From the IMG/VR virus record IMGVR_UViG_3300028888_000055: 64,000 bases of DNA. One strand, written 5' to 3'. The notes beneath the pieces were generated by a model, which did no database searches, was not told the origin of the DNA, and saw nothing but the letters and a program-made list of their open reading frames with translations. This stretch comes from a virus. Taxonomy: Duplodnaviria; Caudoviricetes. Positions 52,853 through 61,857 of this stretch are shown in pieces. A program made the position numbers and the translations under genes. Numbering within the stretch: position 1 is the stretch's first letter; every line of letters starts with the position of its first letter.

Positions 52853-55800
52853 TCATATCAAATTATCTTCTTTAAGTCTAATAATCATTTCAACGCAAGC
52901 GTCAATTAAATCGCTTTTAGTGATATAAAAATATACAAAATGGTCAATATCATCATACATAACATACCAACCTTTATTGTCAGAAAGTTTGCCTAATACA
53001 AGGTTATATCTATCATCGATACAATGTGGTAATATATCAAGCAATGCAGCAAGTGACCAACAAGGAATATCATCTTCCCCGAATTTATAAGTGTAGACAT
53101 TACTATATTCTGCACTTATACCAATGGCTGCTGTAGGATTATAATAAATGAAGTTCTTACTCCACCACATATCCGCACTCTCAATTGGCAGTATACTTGC
53201 TAACTTCTTGCTTTGTTTTAAGTCTGTATAACTTTTCATATTTCTTAATTTTTATTAGTTTTAAACTCAAAATCTTCGCAAACGTCATTATTTTTGAAAT
53301 AGGATTGCGATGGATAGTTCCACCAGCGGTTCTTACAGTAGTACGTTCCAAGTAGTTCTATAGGACTATTCGCCGACATGCTAACGCCATTTCCATGATC
53401 ATAAGTTCTCACTTTTGCCTTAGACCGCCTAAACCACTTACACTTGGTACATCTTGGAGTTTTCATACCTTAATCTTCAACATAAGGGTTAAACTCTTCT
53501 GTACTTATAGCATAACCAGCAGGAATAAGTCCTCTGAAATCAAACATCTTCTTATTGAGCCAATCAATTTCAGCAAGCGTTATATTGTTTATTTGTCCAA
53601 GATATTCACATTTTGAATACTCTCTTATTTGAGGCGTGTCGTGGATTTTATTTTCAAATGAAAACCAAACAGCAATACTTCCCTCATAAGGAGATTTTTC
53701 CCGAAAAGAAACTTCATTTAATTTAATGAAATTCTTAATGTATGCACAAGATGTACCATATTTTGCTTGTAAACGGACAAACAATAATTCTTTTGCTTCT
53801 TCCTCCGTCATTGATGATAGAGGACGGAGATAGGGTTTAATATAACAAATATCACCATCAAATAGAGGTGTTCCTATACGCCCATGTCCTGTACCAAAAG
53901 GACTGCAATTAACCACAAACTTAATTCCATCCCAACATATATTAACAAGTCTATGAGGTGTACCACGGTCATTAATATACACCTTATATGGTAACCTCCC
54001 GCTGATGTCTTGGAGTAAAAGTTCTTTATCTTTTTCTTCCATAACTTAATATATTATTTAGGATAATACTTAGTACCTTTTGATGTGTATGTGAACGCCC
54101 AAGAGTTCCGAATCTCCTCATCGCGCTTCTTAATCTCGTAGAAGGTGATAGGCGGCAGTCCAAACACTTTACACCACTTGTTGGCCTCATTCAAATTATT
54201 CCACTCTTCTGGTGTCATATCATCTCAGGTTTTGGTGGTAGTGGTGTTTGCCACACATCTTGTTTGTAAACTATTTTCTGCTTGCTGTCAGCCAACGTGT
54301 ACAGTTGGAAGACTGGGCAAGTTATATGGTCTTCACAAGCATCTATGGATGACCATTCTGTACATCTCTCACAGCATTCTTGTAATAACTCTCTTGCTTT
54401 TGTCATATCAATTTTTCAAGTTCCAAAATTTTCTTTATCTTTAATATAATGTGTCATTTTCTCTTCAGGAATGATTATTCTTTTCATATCTCAATCTCCT
54501 TATTAATTTCTTTTTTAAGTTTCTGCTTCATTGTACTACGAGATAAAAAACTACACATATCTTCCCACCAATTCCTCCATCCTTTTTTAGGATGACAATC
54601 AGGTAGATTAAGTCTTACTTTCTTCTCTCTTCCGTATGGTTTCATGCCTCAGTCTCCTTTCTTTCTAATCCACCAATCAAGAATTTTGTTAAGTACCATA
54701 GGAATATCTTTAAATAAATCTACTGCTATGTATATACACATACAATAGAATATGATTTCCCAACCTCCTGTAAGTGTTATTATTGCTAACATAATCATTA
54801 TTATCCATTTGTAGTTTTAATTGCCAATTCAATATCCTCTTTATTCTTGGAATTCTCCTTATAGAACACACACCAACCACCTCTAGGAACAAATGTTACA
54901 CTGATGATGTCTATGTGTGACTTTTTCTCATTAGCCCACCAACATACTTTGCGATGGTCATTAAAAAATTTACACGCTATCATATCATTAATTCTAGTTT
55001 CAATAAATGCCGTATCTTCCTTCCATTGCTTGTCGAAATGCATTTATTAAATCGTCTTCATTTAAATCTCCTGTGGTTTCGCTAACATATATATGAGCAT
55101 AATCTTTCAGCCATTTGCAGGCATTATCAATCATAGTGCGATCTGCCCACTCTGCGCCAGCTATAAAACCAAGCATTGTTATTTGCTCATTAAAGCAATC
55201 CTTTTTTGCTGTTAACCTAATTTCTTCTTTGCGTGTCCTATTTAAGTTTCTTTTTTTCTTATTAAATATATGTTTATCACACCAATCATTGATAGGTTTT
55301 CCCATCGCTAATAAGACATAAACTATTATTATTACAAGAAGAATAATTTTAAGTGTATTCATATCTATTCTTTCATTGCTTTACGGAAATCTTCAAGAGT
55401 TTCCTCTATTTCACAAAAAAGTGGTTCTCCATTAAAGGTTGTGTTTTGTAGTTGTTCTTTTAACCATTCACAAGCCTTATCTATAAACTTATCACGAAGA
55501 TCATTTTCAATCATCTTCCAAAGTTTATCTAGTTGCGGATCTTCATCAATAACTTCTTTAGCCGCATCTTCAATATCTTTATAACGAATATAAGGATTGC
55601 TATCAGCCCATTCTGCACCTCTCAAGAAATGTATATGAGGATCTTTTACACCTTTATCATTATAGAATTTAGCTTGTTCTAATCTTTCTTCTTCACGCGT
55701 CATAAGGCATTAATTCATGTACTGGAACTTCAGCTTCTGTAGTTCCATATCCTATTAAAACAATACTACCACAAGTAGCCTGAATAATATCAGGGTCATT

Positions 55801-56372
55801 ATCAATCATAAGGACTTCAAACTTTCTATTGAGTAACTCTTCTCGTTCTTTAGGAGGATAATCTTTAATACCAGGGTCTCTCCATTTTACAAAAGCTTCT
55901 ACTGTTACATAAGGATAAGAGTCTTCTTTATCTAAAATATAATGACAAAAATCATCAATCTTTTCATCCTCCCATTGCTTATCTACAACATAGCACCAAA
56001 AGAGTTCAACAAAAGCACATGGATCTTGTTTAATGAAAGCTGAAGTATCACTCATTAACTTACTAATTCTTTCTTCTTCATTCATAATTAATCAGACCAA
56101 TCTAATTCATCTAAGTTTTTATCAAAGATTAAAGCTAACACTTGATTTTCAGAATAGTTATCACATTTATAAGCTTCAAACCATCCAGCTTCATCGGCTT
56201 CAATCTTCCAATCTCCACTCTCAAATTCTTCTTTAAACTCATTTTTTGTAGCATCAGCAAATTCCTTTAATGCTGCTTCAACTTTCTTAACATCATTACT
56301 TACAATTGGGATGCGAGGACTAAATATCTCTCCTTTATGAATTTCAGTAACTAATAAACAAAATATCTTCAT
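52853..56372 (-). CDS. Array of small Prevotella-phage-type hypothetical genes (52853-53239, 53245-53466, 53470-54042, 54215-54406, 54801-55043, 55000-55362, 55365-55703, 55693-56085, 56088-56372)
   Basis: Recurrent motifs PCWSLAALLDILP, IKPYLRPLSSMTEEE and GAEWAD..IDKACEWL. Confidence 0.65.
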
Positions 56373-56394
56373 ATCTATAATAAATTAAAATTAG

Positions 56395-56436
56395 TAAAAA
56401 AATAAGGGGATTGCGTTATAAAACACAACCCCCTTG
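56395..56436 (-). terminator. Terminator downstream of the tRNA cluster
   Basis: AAGGGGATTG..CAACCCCCTT stem with a long T-tract on the minus strand. Confidence 0.7.
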
Positions 56437-56540
56437 ATATTATTATAGGGTTAAAAATTAATATTCAATCTACCTTGTAGATTTTAACTGTCTCTAAAAA
56501 GATAACAATTACTTTAGCCCAAAAAAATCTTTCGAAATAG

Positions 56541-56612
56541 AGCGAATGAACAGAATCGAACTGTCATCCTCAGCTTGGAAGGCTGACGCACTTACCATTG
56601 TGCTACATTCGC
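56541..56612 (-). tRNA. tRNA-Gly (UCC)
   Basis: GCGAATG acceptor; TCAGC-CTTCCAA-GCTGA; TTCGATT. Confidence 0.93.
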
Positions 56613-56615
56613 AAC

Positions 56616-56835
56616 ATGAATCCTTTATAGTTAACCTTCTCATCATAGCTCTTTATGTATACAACTATTGATTTACAGATCTAGTTTCGTATATTTATCT
56701 TCTGGCCAGTATAAATATACTTATAAGATCTAGTGAGTGTATCCCCATGATTTGTGCACATTAATGGGAAATACCCGTACACTGAAGTTCGTTACCTGTG
56801 CTTACGTCTAAGCACGTAGACTTTATTGGATTCAT
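56616..56835 (-). ncRNA. Unidentified ~220-nt multi-stem RNA between tRNA-Met and tRNA-Gly
   Basis: Closing stem ATGAATCC/GGATTCAT; internal stems GTGCTTA/TAAGCAC, TTCCCAT/ATGGGGA, GTATATTTAT/ATAAATATAC and ATAGTT/AACTAT. Confidence 0.5.
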
Positions 56836-56837
56836 AG

Positions 56838-56910
56838 TGGCGGAGGTAGGACTCGAACCTACAACCTTCAGGTTATGAGCCTGACCAGCTACCATTGCTA
56901 TCACTCCGCA
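56838..56910 (-). tRNA. tRNA-Met (CAU), initiator-like
   Basis: TGCGGAG/CTCCGCC acceptor with an unpaired 1:72 position; TCAGG-CTCATAA-CCTGA. Confidence 0.88.
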
Positions 56911-56915
56911 GTATA

Positions 56916-57029
56916 GCCAAGATTTTGCGCAATTTGGATACCTATCTTGGGGTTCCATGACGTTACCTCTGAAGTGGGTCTCTCTCCATCGCCTAAACAG
57001 TGCGCTACGTCAGTATCCAATATCTTGGC
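56916..57029 (-). ncRNA. Unidentified rod-like structured RNA upstream of tRNA-Met
   Basis: Nested inverted repeats GCCAAGAT/ATCTTGGC, TTGGATAC/GTATCCAA and TGACGT/ACGTCA; GC-rich against an AT-rich background. Confidence 0.5.
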
Positions 57030-57036
57030 TCATTAT

Positions 57037-57966
57037 TTATTTTAATTCTTTAATACCCTTACTTGTAAGCAATAATTCATTAAAAGCTTTATATAAACAT
57101 ATATGTTTATGCAGATGTATCTCTACATTATCATAATCATAATTAATAGCTTGCTTAGTCGAATCTTTCGATGGGAATATACAATGCAATACATGATTAT
57201 GTTTATTATCAATATCTATATAACAAGTTAATCCATATACCCAAGAATCACCTATTTTAATATGTACTCTATCTAAATTAGAGATACCATTAACAAAAGG
57301 TTCTTCATAAGAATCAATACACTTATAAAAATCAATACATTGTTTGGCTTTATAAGTAATTTCGTTATGATAGAATTTACTTAAAGTATGAGTATTAACA
57401 GTAGACAGATAACCAGTTTCACTCAAGAAAGCTTTCTTTAAGTCTGGTTTATCTGATTTATATTCTTCATAATAGTTATTATACCAAAGAATACTTTCCC
57501 AATAAGCGTCGGAATGTATTTTGTCTTTAGTTTTACCATTATTAAGAAAATATATGTCAGGAGCTTTTACAATTATTGCAAACTGCCAAGCAGTTCTAAG
57601 ATTTCTGCCTATAATAATTGAAAAGAATCCTGGGTGTTCATATCTGGGAGTATCAAATTTATCTTTCCAACAAATGTCTCTACTTTCTATTAAAACAGGA
57701 AACCATTTTGACATTGACCATTTAAGATAATCTGCACTTACAAAGTATCTGAAGCCTTTGTCTGTATAGAAATATGGTTGTACAATAAATTTGTTAGACC
57801 CAGTGTACCATTCTTTCTTTTGCATTCGACCGAAATAGAATTTAAATTTCGGGCATTTAAAATACTTACGAGCTTTCCACCAACTGGCAAATGGACATTG
57901 TAAATACTTATAATATTTACCAATATGGATAGAAAAAGTCATTGTACTTTTGTTATATGTTATCAT
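57037..57966 (-). CDS. Hypothetical protein, paralog of 13472-13990
   Basis: WWKARKYF..DICWKDKFDTPRYEHP..YWESILWY. Confidence 0.7.
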   Translation of the reverse strand: MITYNKSTMTFSIHIGKYYKYLQCPFASWWKARKYFKCPKFKFYFGRMQKKEWYTGSNKFIVQPYFYTDKGFRYFVSADYLKWSMSKWFPVLIESRDICWKDKFDTPRYEHPGFFSIIIGRNLRTAWQFAIIVKAPDIYFLNNGKTKDKIHSDAYWESILWYNNYYEEYKSDKPDLKKAFLSETGYLSTVNTHTLSKFYHNEITYKAKQCIDFYKCIDSYEEPFVNGISNLDRVHIKIGDSWVYGLTCYIDIDNKHNHVLHCIFPSKDSTKQAINYDYDNVEIHLHKHICLYKAFNELLLTSKGIKELK

Positions 57967-57974
57967 AACATTAT

Positions 57975-58136
57975 TTAATTAAAGTGTTTAGAATACCACT
58001 CTTCTTCTACAAAATATGCTGCAGAACCAAATGTAGCAAGACCTTCATCATCATTAATTAGATAACAATGTTCTTTCCAATCATCTATGTTCATTAGATA
58101 TTGGCTCTCTGGCCATTCAATTACAATATATTTCAT
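57975..58136 (-). CDS. Small conserved Bacteroidales-phage protein (53 aa)
   Basis: MKYIVIEWPESQYLM..HCYLINDDEG..FGSAAYFVEEEW; below the track's size cutoff. Confidence 0.65.
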   Translation of the reverse strand: MKYIVIEWPESQYLMNIDDWKEHCYLINDDEGLATFGSAAYFVEEEWYSKHFN

Positions 58137-58155
58137 AATTTTATATTTTTTATTG

Positions 58156-58229
58156 TGGTCCTTCTAGGACTTGAACCTAGGACCTTTTGATTATGAGTCA
58201 ACTGCTCTAACCGACTGAGCTAAAGGACC
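58156..58229 (-). tRNA. tRNA with CAU anticodon, Ile2 (lysidine)-type body
   Basis: GGTCCTT-TAGCTCAGTCGGTTAGAGCA-GTTGA-CTCATAA-TCAAA. Elongator Met is not excluded. Confidence 0.85.
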
Positions 58230-58233
58230 TGAG

Positions 58234-58892
58234 TACCAAGAGTGGGACTTGAACCCACACGGACGCAATGTCCAAGGGATTTTCTTACCACACTATGTTA
58301 CCATAGCCAAATATTAACAGTAGGATTTGCACCTACACAGAACTCCACTAAAACTTGAGTCTTTCGCTTATCTCTCGTTTACTAATTCCGACATATTAAT
58401 ATTTGTTGTGGTCTGGACTGTCTCTTTACCATATTGAAATTCTCGCGAGATTGAACCTATCATGTCACTCACTCTTCTGAGCCGAGTCGTAGTATTCAAA
58501 TTTCAATTTACGGTATCACCCGTTCAGTCTCTACACGATTATAAACTACTAGCAGTACATCGCTAGCCTGTTACGCTGTCATATTCCAATTTCAGATGCT
58601 TCTCACAAGTATGCCTACTTTATACACATCCTTCTTCATTAGACTACTCGTTTATTTTCGCTCGGTGTTGTCCTTACACATTATTGGTTAGTGTTGAGAT
58701 AAAGTCGCAGACTCGAACCTTGGCCTTCACTTCCGTTAAGTGATGTGCTTCCTATTACACCAAAAATATCTCATAAAAGGATTTTCACCGAATTTGGGTG
58801 ATTCTACATAGGAATTTCTTGCCTATGCACTCAAATTAATCTAAAAAAGATTTGTTAAAGTCCCTCGTGTCTACCTATTCCACCATCTTGGC
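58234..58892 (-). tRNA. tRNA-Leu (UAA) split by a group I intron
   Basis: 5' exon GCCAAGATGGTGGAATAGGTAGACACGAGGGACTT (58892-58858) and 3' exon AAAATCCCTTGGAC..GGTTCAAGTCCCACTCTTGGTA (58283-58234). Spliced loop CTTAAAA, long variable arm. Confidence 0.92.
58284..58857 (-). mobile_element. Group I self-splicing intron (574 nt), no ORF
   Basis: Inserted after U34, the canonical trnL(UAA) site; terminal omega-G at 58284. Core elements: P AAATTCGGTGAAA, Q AACACCGAGC, R GTAGAGACTGAAC, S AAGAGACAGTCC. Confidence 0.92.
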
Positions 58893-58968
58893 ATTAAAGA
58901 AATCTGCTAACGTTTACTACTATTAATTCTGCTATTTGAGTTGCTGTAAGATTTCTTATAGATTATGT

Positions 58969-59178
58969 TTAGTTTAAACTAACTCTAGGCATACTTTTCC
59001 ACTCAGTGGGTTTAGAAAAACCTGTTAAAGATTTATGAGTATTAGAATCTTTCCAGATTTTATCATAATCGTAATAAGCTACACAAAAACCGCATAAGCT
59101 TTTTGTCCATACATTTTTATTATGTGCAGGTAAGCGGTCTTTGGTATCAACGAAATTTGATTTTTCAAATTCAATCAT
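58969..59178 (-). CDS. DUF551-like small protein
   Basis: TKDRLP..VAYY..W..PTEWKSMP. Confidence 0.6.
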   Translation of the reverse strand: MIEFEKSNFVDTKDRLPAHNKNVWTKSLCGFCVAYYDYDKIWKDSNTHKSLTGFSKPTEWKSMPRVSLN

Positions 59179-59339
59179 TTGCGTTTAGGTTTTTTTATTA
59201 AACGAATACCTCTTTTAGCATAATAAGCTTGACTAGGGCCTATATATCTTTTGGCAAATTCCTTAATATCCTAAAATTCTTCTCGACCTTGTCGTATTTT
59301 CTCTTTATCTTTAAGTGGTTCTCTCTTTTTTCCTGCCAT
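59175..59339 (-). CDS. Small basic protein (54 aa) with one in-frame TAG
   Basis: MAGKKREPLKDKEKIRQGREEF(TAG)DIKEFAKRYIG..KKPKRK-TGA; the TGA forms an ATGA overlap with the next gene. Confidence 0.7.
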
Positions 59340-59363
59340 AATTTTATTTATTTTATTTGTTAG

Positions 59364-59725
59364 TGGAGTCGGAGGGATTCGAACCCTCGTCCGCGAATGT
59401 TACAATATCAACTTTCTACATGTTTATTTCATTCAATAGCTTAGTGGTAACAGCTAAATGAACAACTTCTGTTACCATATATCCTAGGTAAGATTTCATC
59501 ACATTACTAAGGCCCCTTATGTGATATATTGTTGTAACGATGCATTGTAAGTTCTCCAGTCCAACAATAAACTTTTGAACCAATGTCACGATGCTTACGC
59601 AGCAGCGCGATACGAATAATAATTTTCGCCAGTTAAAAGGAAGTGTTTGAAAGTTTAAAGAGTTATTTTCAACCTCTACATGCTTATCAACACCATATAC
59701 AAGCCGTCAAATCCAAGTCGACCCC
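59364..59725 (-). ncRNA. ssrA: tmRNA, tag peptide (A)GENYYSYRAAA
   Basis: 5' GGGGTCGACTTGGATTTGAC; 3' GGACGAGGGTTCGAATCCCTCCGACTCCA with G3:U70; TAACT-GGC resume context; tag ORF 59630-59595 ends in TAA. Confidence 0.95.
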
Positions 59726-59729
59726 ATAT

Positions 59730-59767
59730 AATAAACACCTGTAGCAATAAATGCTACAGGTATTTAT
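59730..59767 (-). terminator. Hairpin/terminator after the lipoprotein gene
   Basis: ACCTGTAGCA-ATAAA-TGCTACAGGT. Confidence 0.65.
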
Positions 59768-59781
59768 TTTAATCTTTTATG

Positions 59782-60033
59782 TCACTTCTTCTCTCCAATA
59801 GGCTTGTTTGCCTCTTCAGTAGGCTTTGCTGGAGTAGTTACGTCTACATCCTCCTTAACCTCTGGTTTAGAAGGCTTCTCTACTTCAGCTGTTGCAGGAG
59901 CTTCAATTTTAGTACTGTCAACTTCTACAATTGTACTGTCGCTAGAACTAGAAGTAGTTGAAGCGGGGGTTGTTTTGCACGAAACAAACATAAGGCTGAG
60001 TGCAGCCACCATTACAAAAACTAATTTTTTCAT
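59782..60033 (-). CDS. Small Bacteroidetes-type lipoprotein, Ser/Thr/Pro/Glu-rich
   Basis: MKKLVFVMVAALSLMFVSC lipobox; two DST motifs. Confidence 0.85.
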   Translation of the reverse strand: MKKLVFVMVAALSLMFVSCKTTPASTTSSSSDSTIVEVDSTKIEAPATAEVEKPSKPEVKEDVDVTTPAKPTEEANKPIGEKK

Positions 60034-60116
60034 AATTTAAAAAATTTAAAAACATTAAACATTAAACATTAATATCATAATCTTTATGAGATTATTAAAT
60101 TTCAATATAATATTCA

Positions 60117-61841
60117 TTATCCAAATATGTCTATAATTCCTTGACCAGTATTATATAAATTTTCAGTAGAATAATCATCCCAGTCGTACATATCCATAGC
60201 AGTATTATATGTGTCAACGGCGGTATTAGCTTTATTATATAAATTATAAGCTCTATCAAGAGATTTAGGTAAAATAACTGGAATAATTGAACTAGATTTG
60301 TCTTTTCCATTAAGATAACCTTGCCCTATACCATACAAAGTTGCAAGAGTTTTAAATCCAGTTTTAGCATTAGGAGTTAGACGATAACCAGTTACTCCTC
60401 TAAGACCACGATTAAACATATTTACACCTTTAAATCTACCAAAGAAATTCCTAGTACCTCTAGCAGCACTAGAAGCCCAATCTCTAGTTCCCTAAGGAAT
60501 ATATTGAAGTGCTCTAGTTCCATATCCTTTAAGAGAACTTACAGCACTTTTTCCTGTATTTAAAGTTCCTCTTCCAAATGTAGCCATTTTAGTTCCTCCA
60601 GGAGCACTTTTAATTGCTTGCTTAGTTGCTTGAACACCCTGTTTAATACCCTTAGCACCAAGATCTTTAACCCAATTAGTTGCCTAACCAGTTTTGCCTA
60701 ATACATAATTGACTCCTTTACCAGTAGCATTTCCAGCTGCACTACTTGCGAATTCGCCTGTTCCTATTCCATGTATTAGTCTACCTGCAGCCATATCACC
60801 AACTCCATTTATAACGGCTGTTGCTGTTGGATGTCTAGCGGCCCAGTTTGCTGTAGGATTACTTACTTCAAGAAGACCATAATTACCACTCTTACTTGGA
60901 TCTATAAAATCTTGACCAAATAGAGTATTTGATACAGATCCTAAGAAGGATTGACCTTTTCTGATGCCTCCAGCCACGCCACCAATTGTATTAGTAGGAG
61001 ATATTAAATTAAGAGCACCACCCATTACAGTATTAGCTAAATCATAACTAGAGTGATCTATATTATTAGTGGCTTTCTTTATTAAGTCTCTATTAGTAGT
61101 ATTTTTATGCTAAGAAATCATTTGAGCATCATAAATATTTTCAAACACAACTGGAGTTACACCTTTCATACTATAACCATTATCCTTAAGATAATATTTA
61201 GAAACTTTATTTCCTAATTCTCCTGTCTTAGGATTATAGAAATAATAATATTTAGTAGGTTTTCCCATTTGATTTACTCCGTCTACTAATTTTACTTTAT
61301 AACCGCGATTAATAGACCGAGCATCTCTTTTTCTACTATATTGTTCATTAAGCTAATCACTCCAAGTATTAGCTTCATCATTCAGTTGATTTTTATATCT
61401 TTCAAGCTAGCCCCATTCTCGTACTTCTCTAGGATCATTAATGCGTTGAGCTTCCTTTCTCTTCTTTTCCTACTACTAATTGTATCTACGAACTTCCTAC
61501 TTTCTACGAGCATATTCCTATTGCACTTCTTTACTAGGTTTATAAGGAATTTTAGGTCCTTTCTTCTATAAATCCCAATTAGCGGCTCTTTCTATTATAG
61601 GAAGTGTAGATAAAGAAGATGTGGGTTTTGTACTTGTGAAATCATACTAACTCCAATTAGCATAATTATTTTTGGGCTTAGAACTACTAGGATTTAATTT
61701 AGTTCTAGTACCATCGGAATTAAACTAAAAAAGCCCTTCATTGGTCTTATAGGCTGTCCCTAATCTAAGAGTTTCTGTTCTCTTACCATTGACCTCTCTA
61801 TACCATCTCTTAGCTTTTTTATCATATTTTAAAACTCCCAT
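60117..61841 (-). CDS. TAG-recoded late/virion protein (574 aa), Gly/Ala-rich C-terminal half
   Basis: ATG at 61841 (MGVLKYDKK), open apart from TAGs (including TAG-TAG-TAG at 61478-61470); joins track ORFs 60684 and 60117. Confidence 0.8.
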
Positions 61842-61857
61842 AAAAATTTATTATTTT

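Noticed and set aside
56761-56958. 65-aa ORF in the track
   Set aside because: It overlaps tRNA-Met and structured RNA; the translation is a tRNA shadow.
56400-59730. tRNA-associated HDV-like (theta) or hammerhead ribozymes
   Set aside because: I could not identify the required nested pseudoknot or CUGAUGA/GAAA cores by eye. A motif search is needed, so none is claimed.
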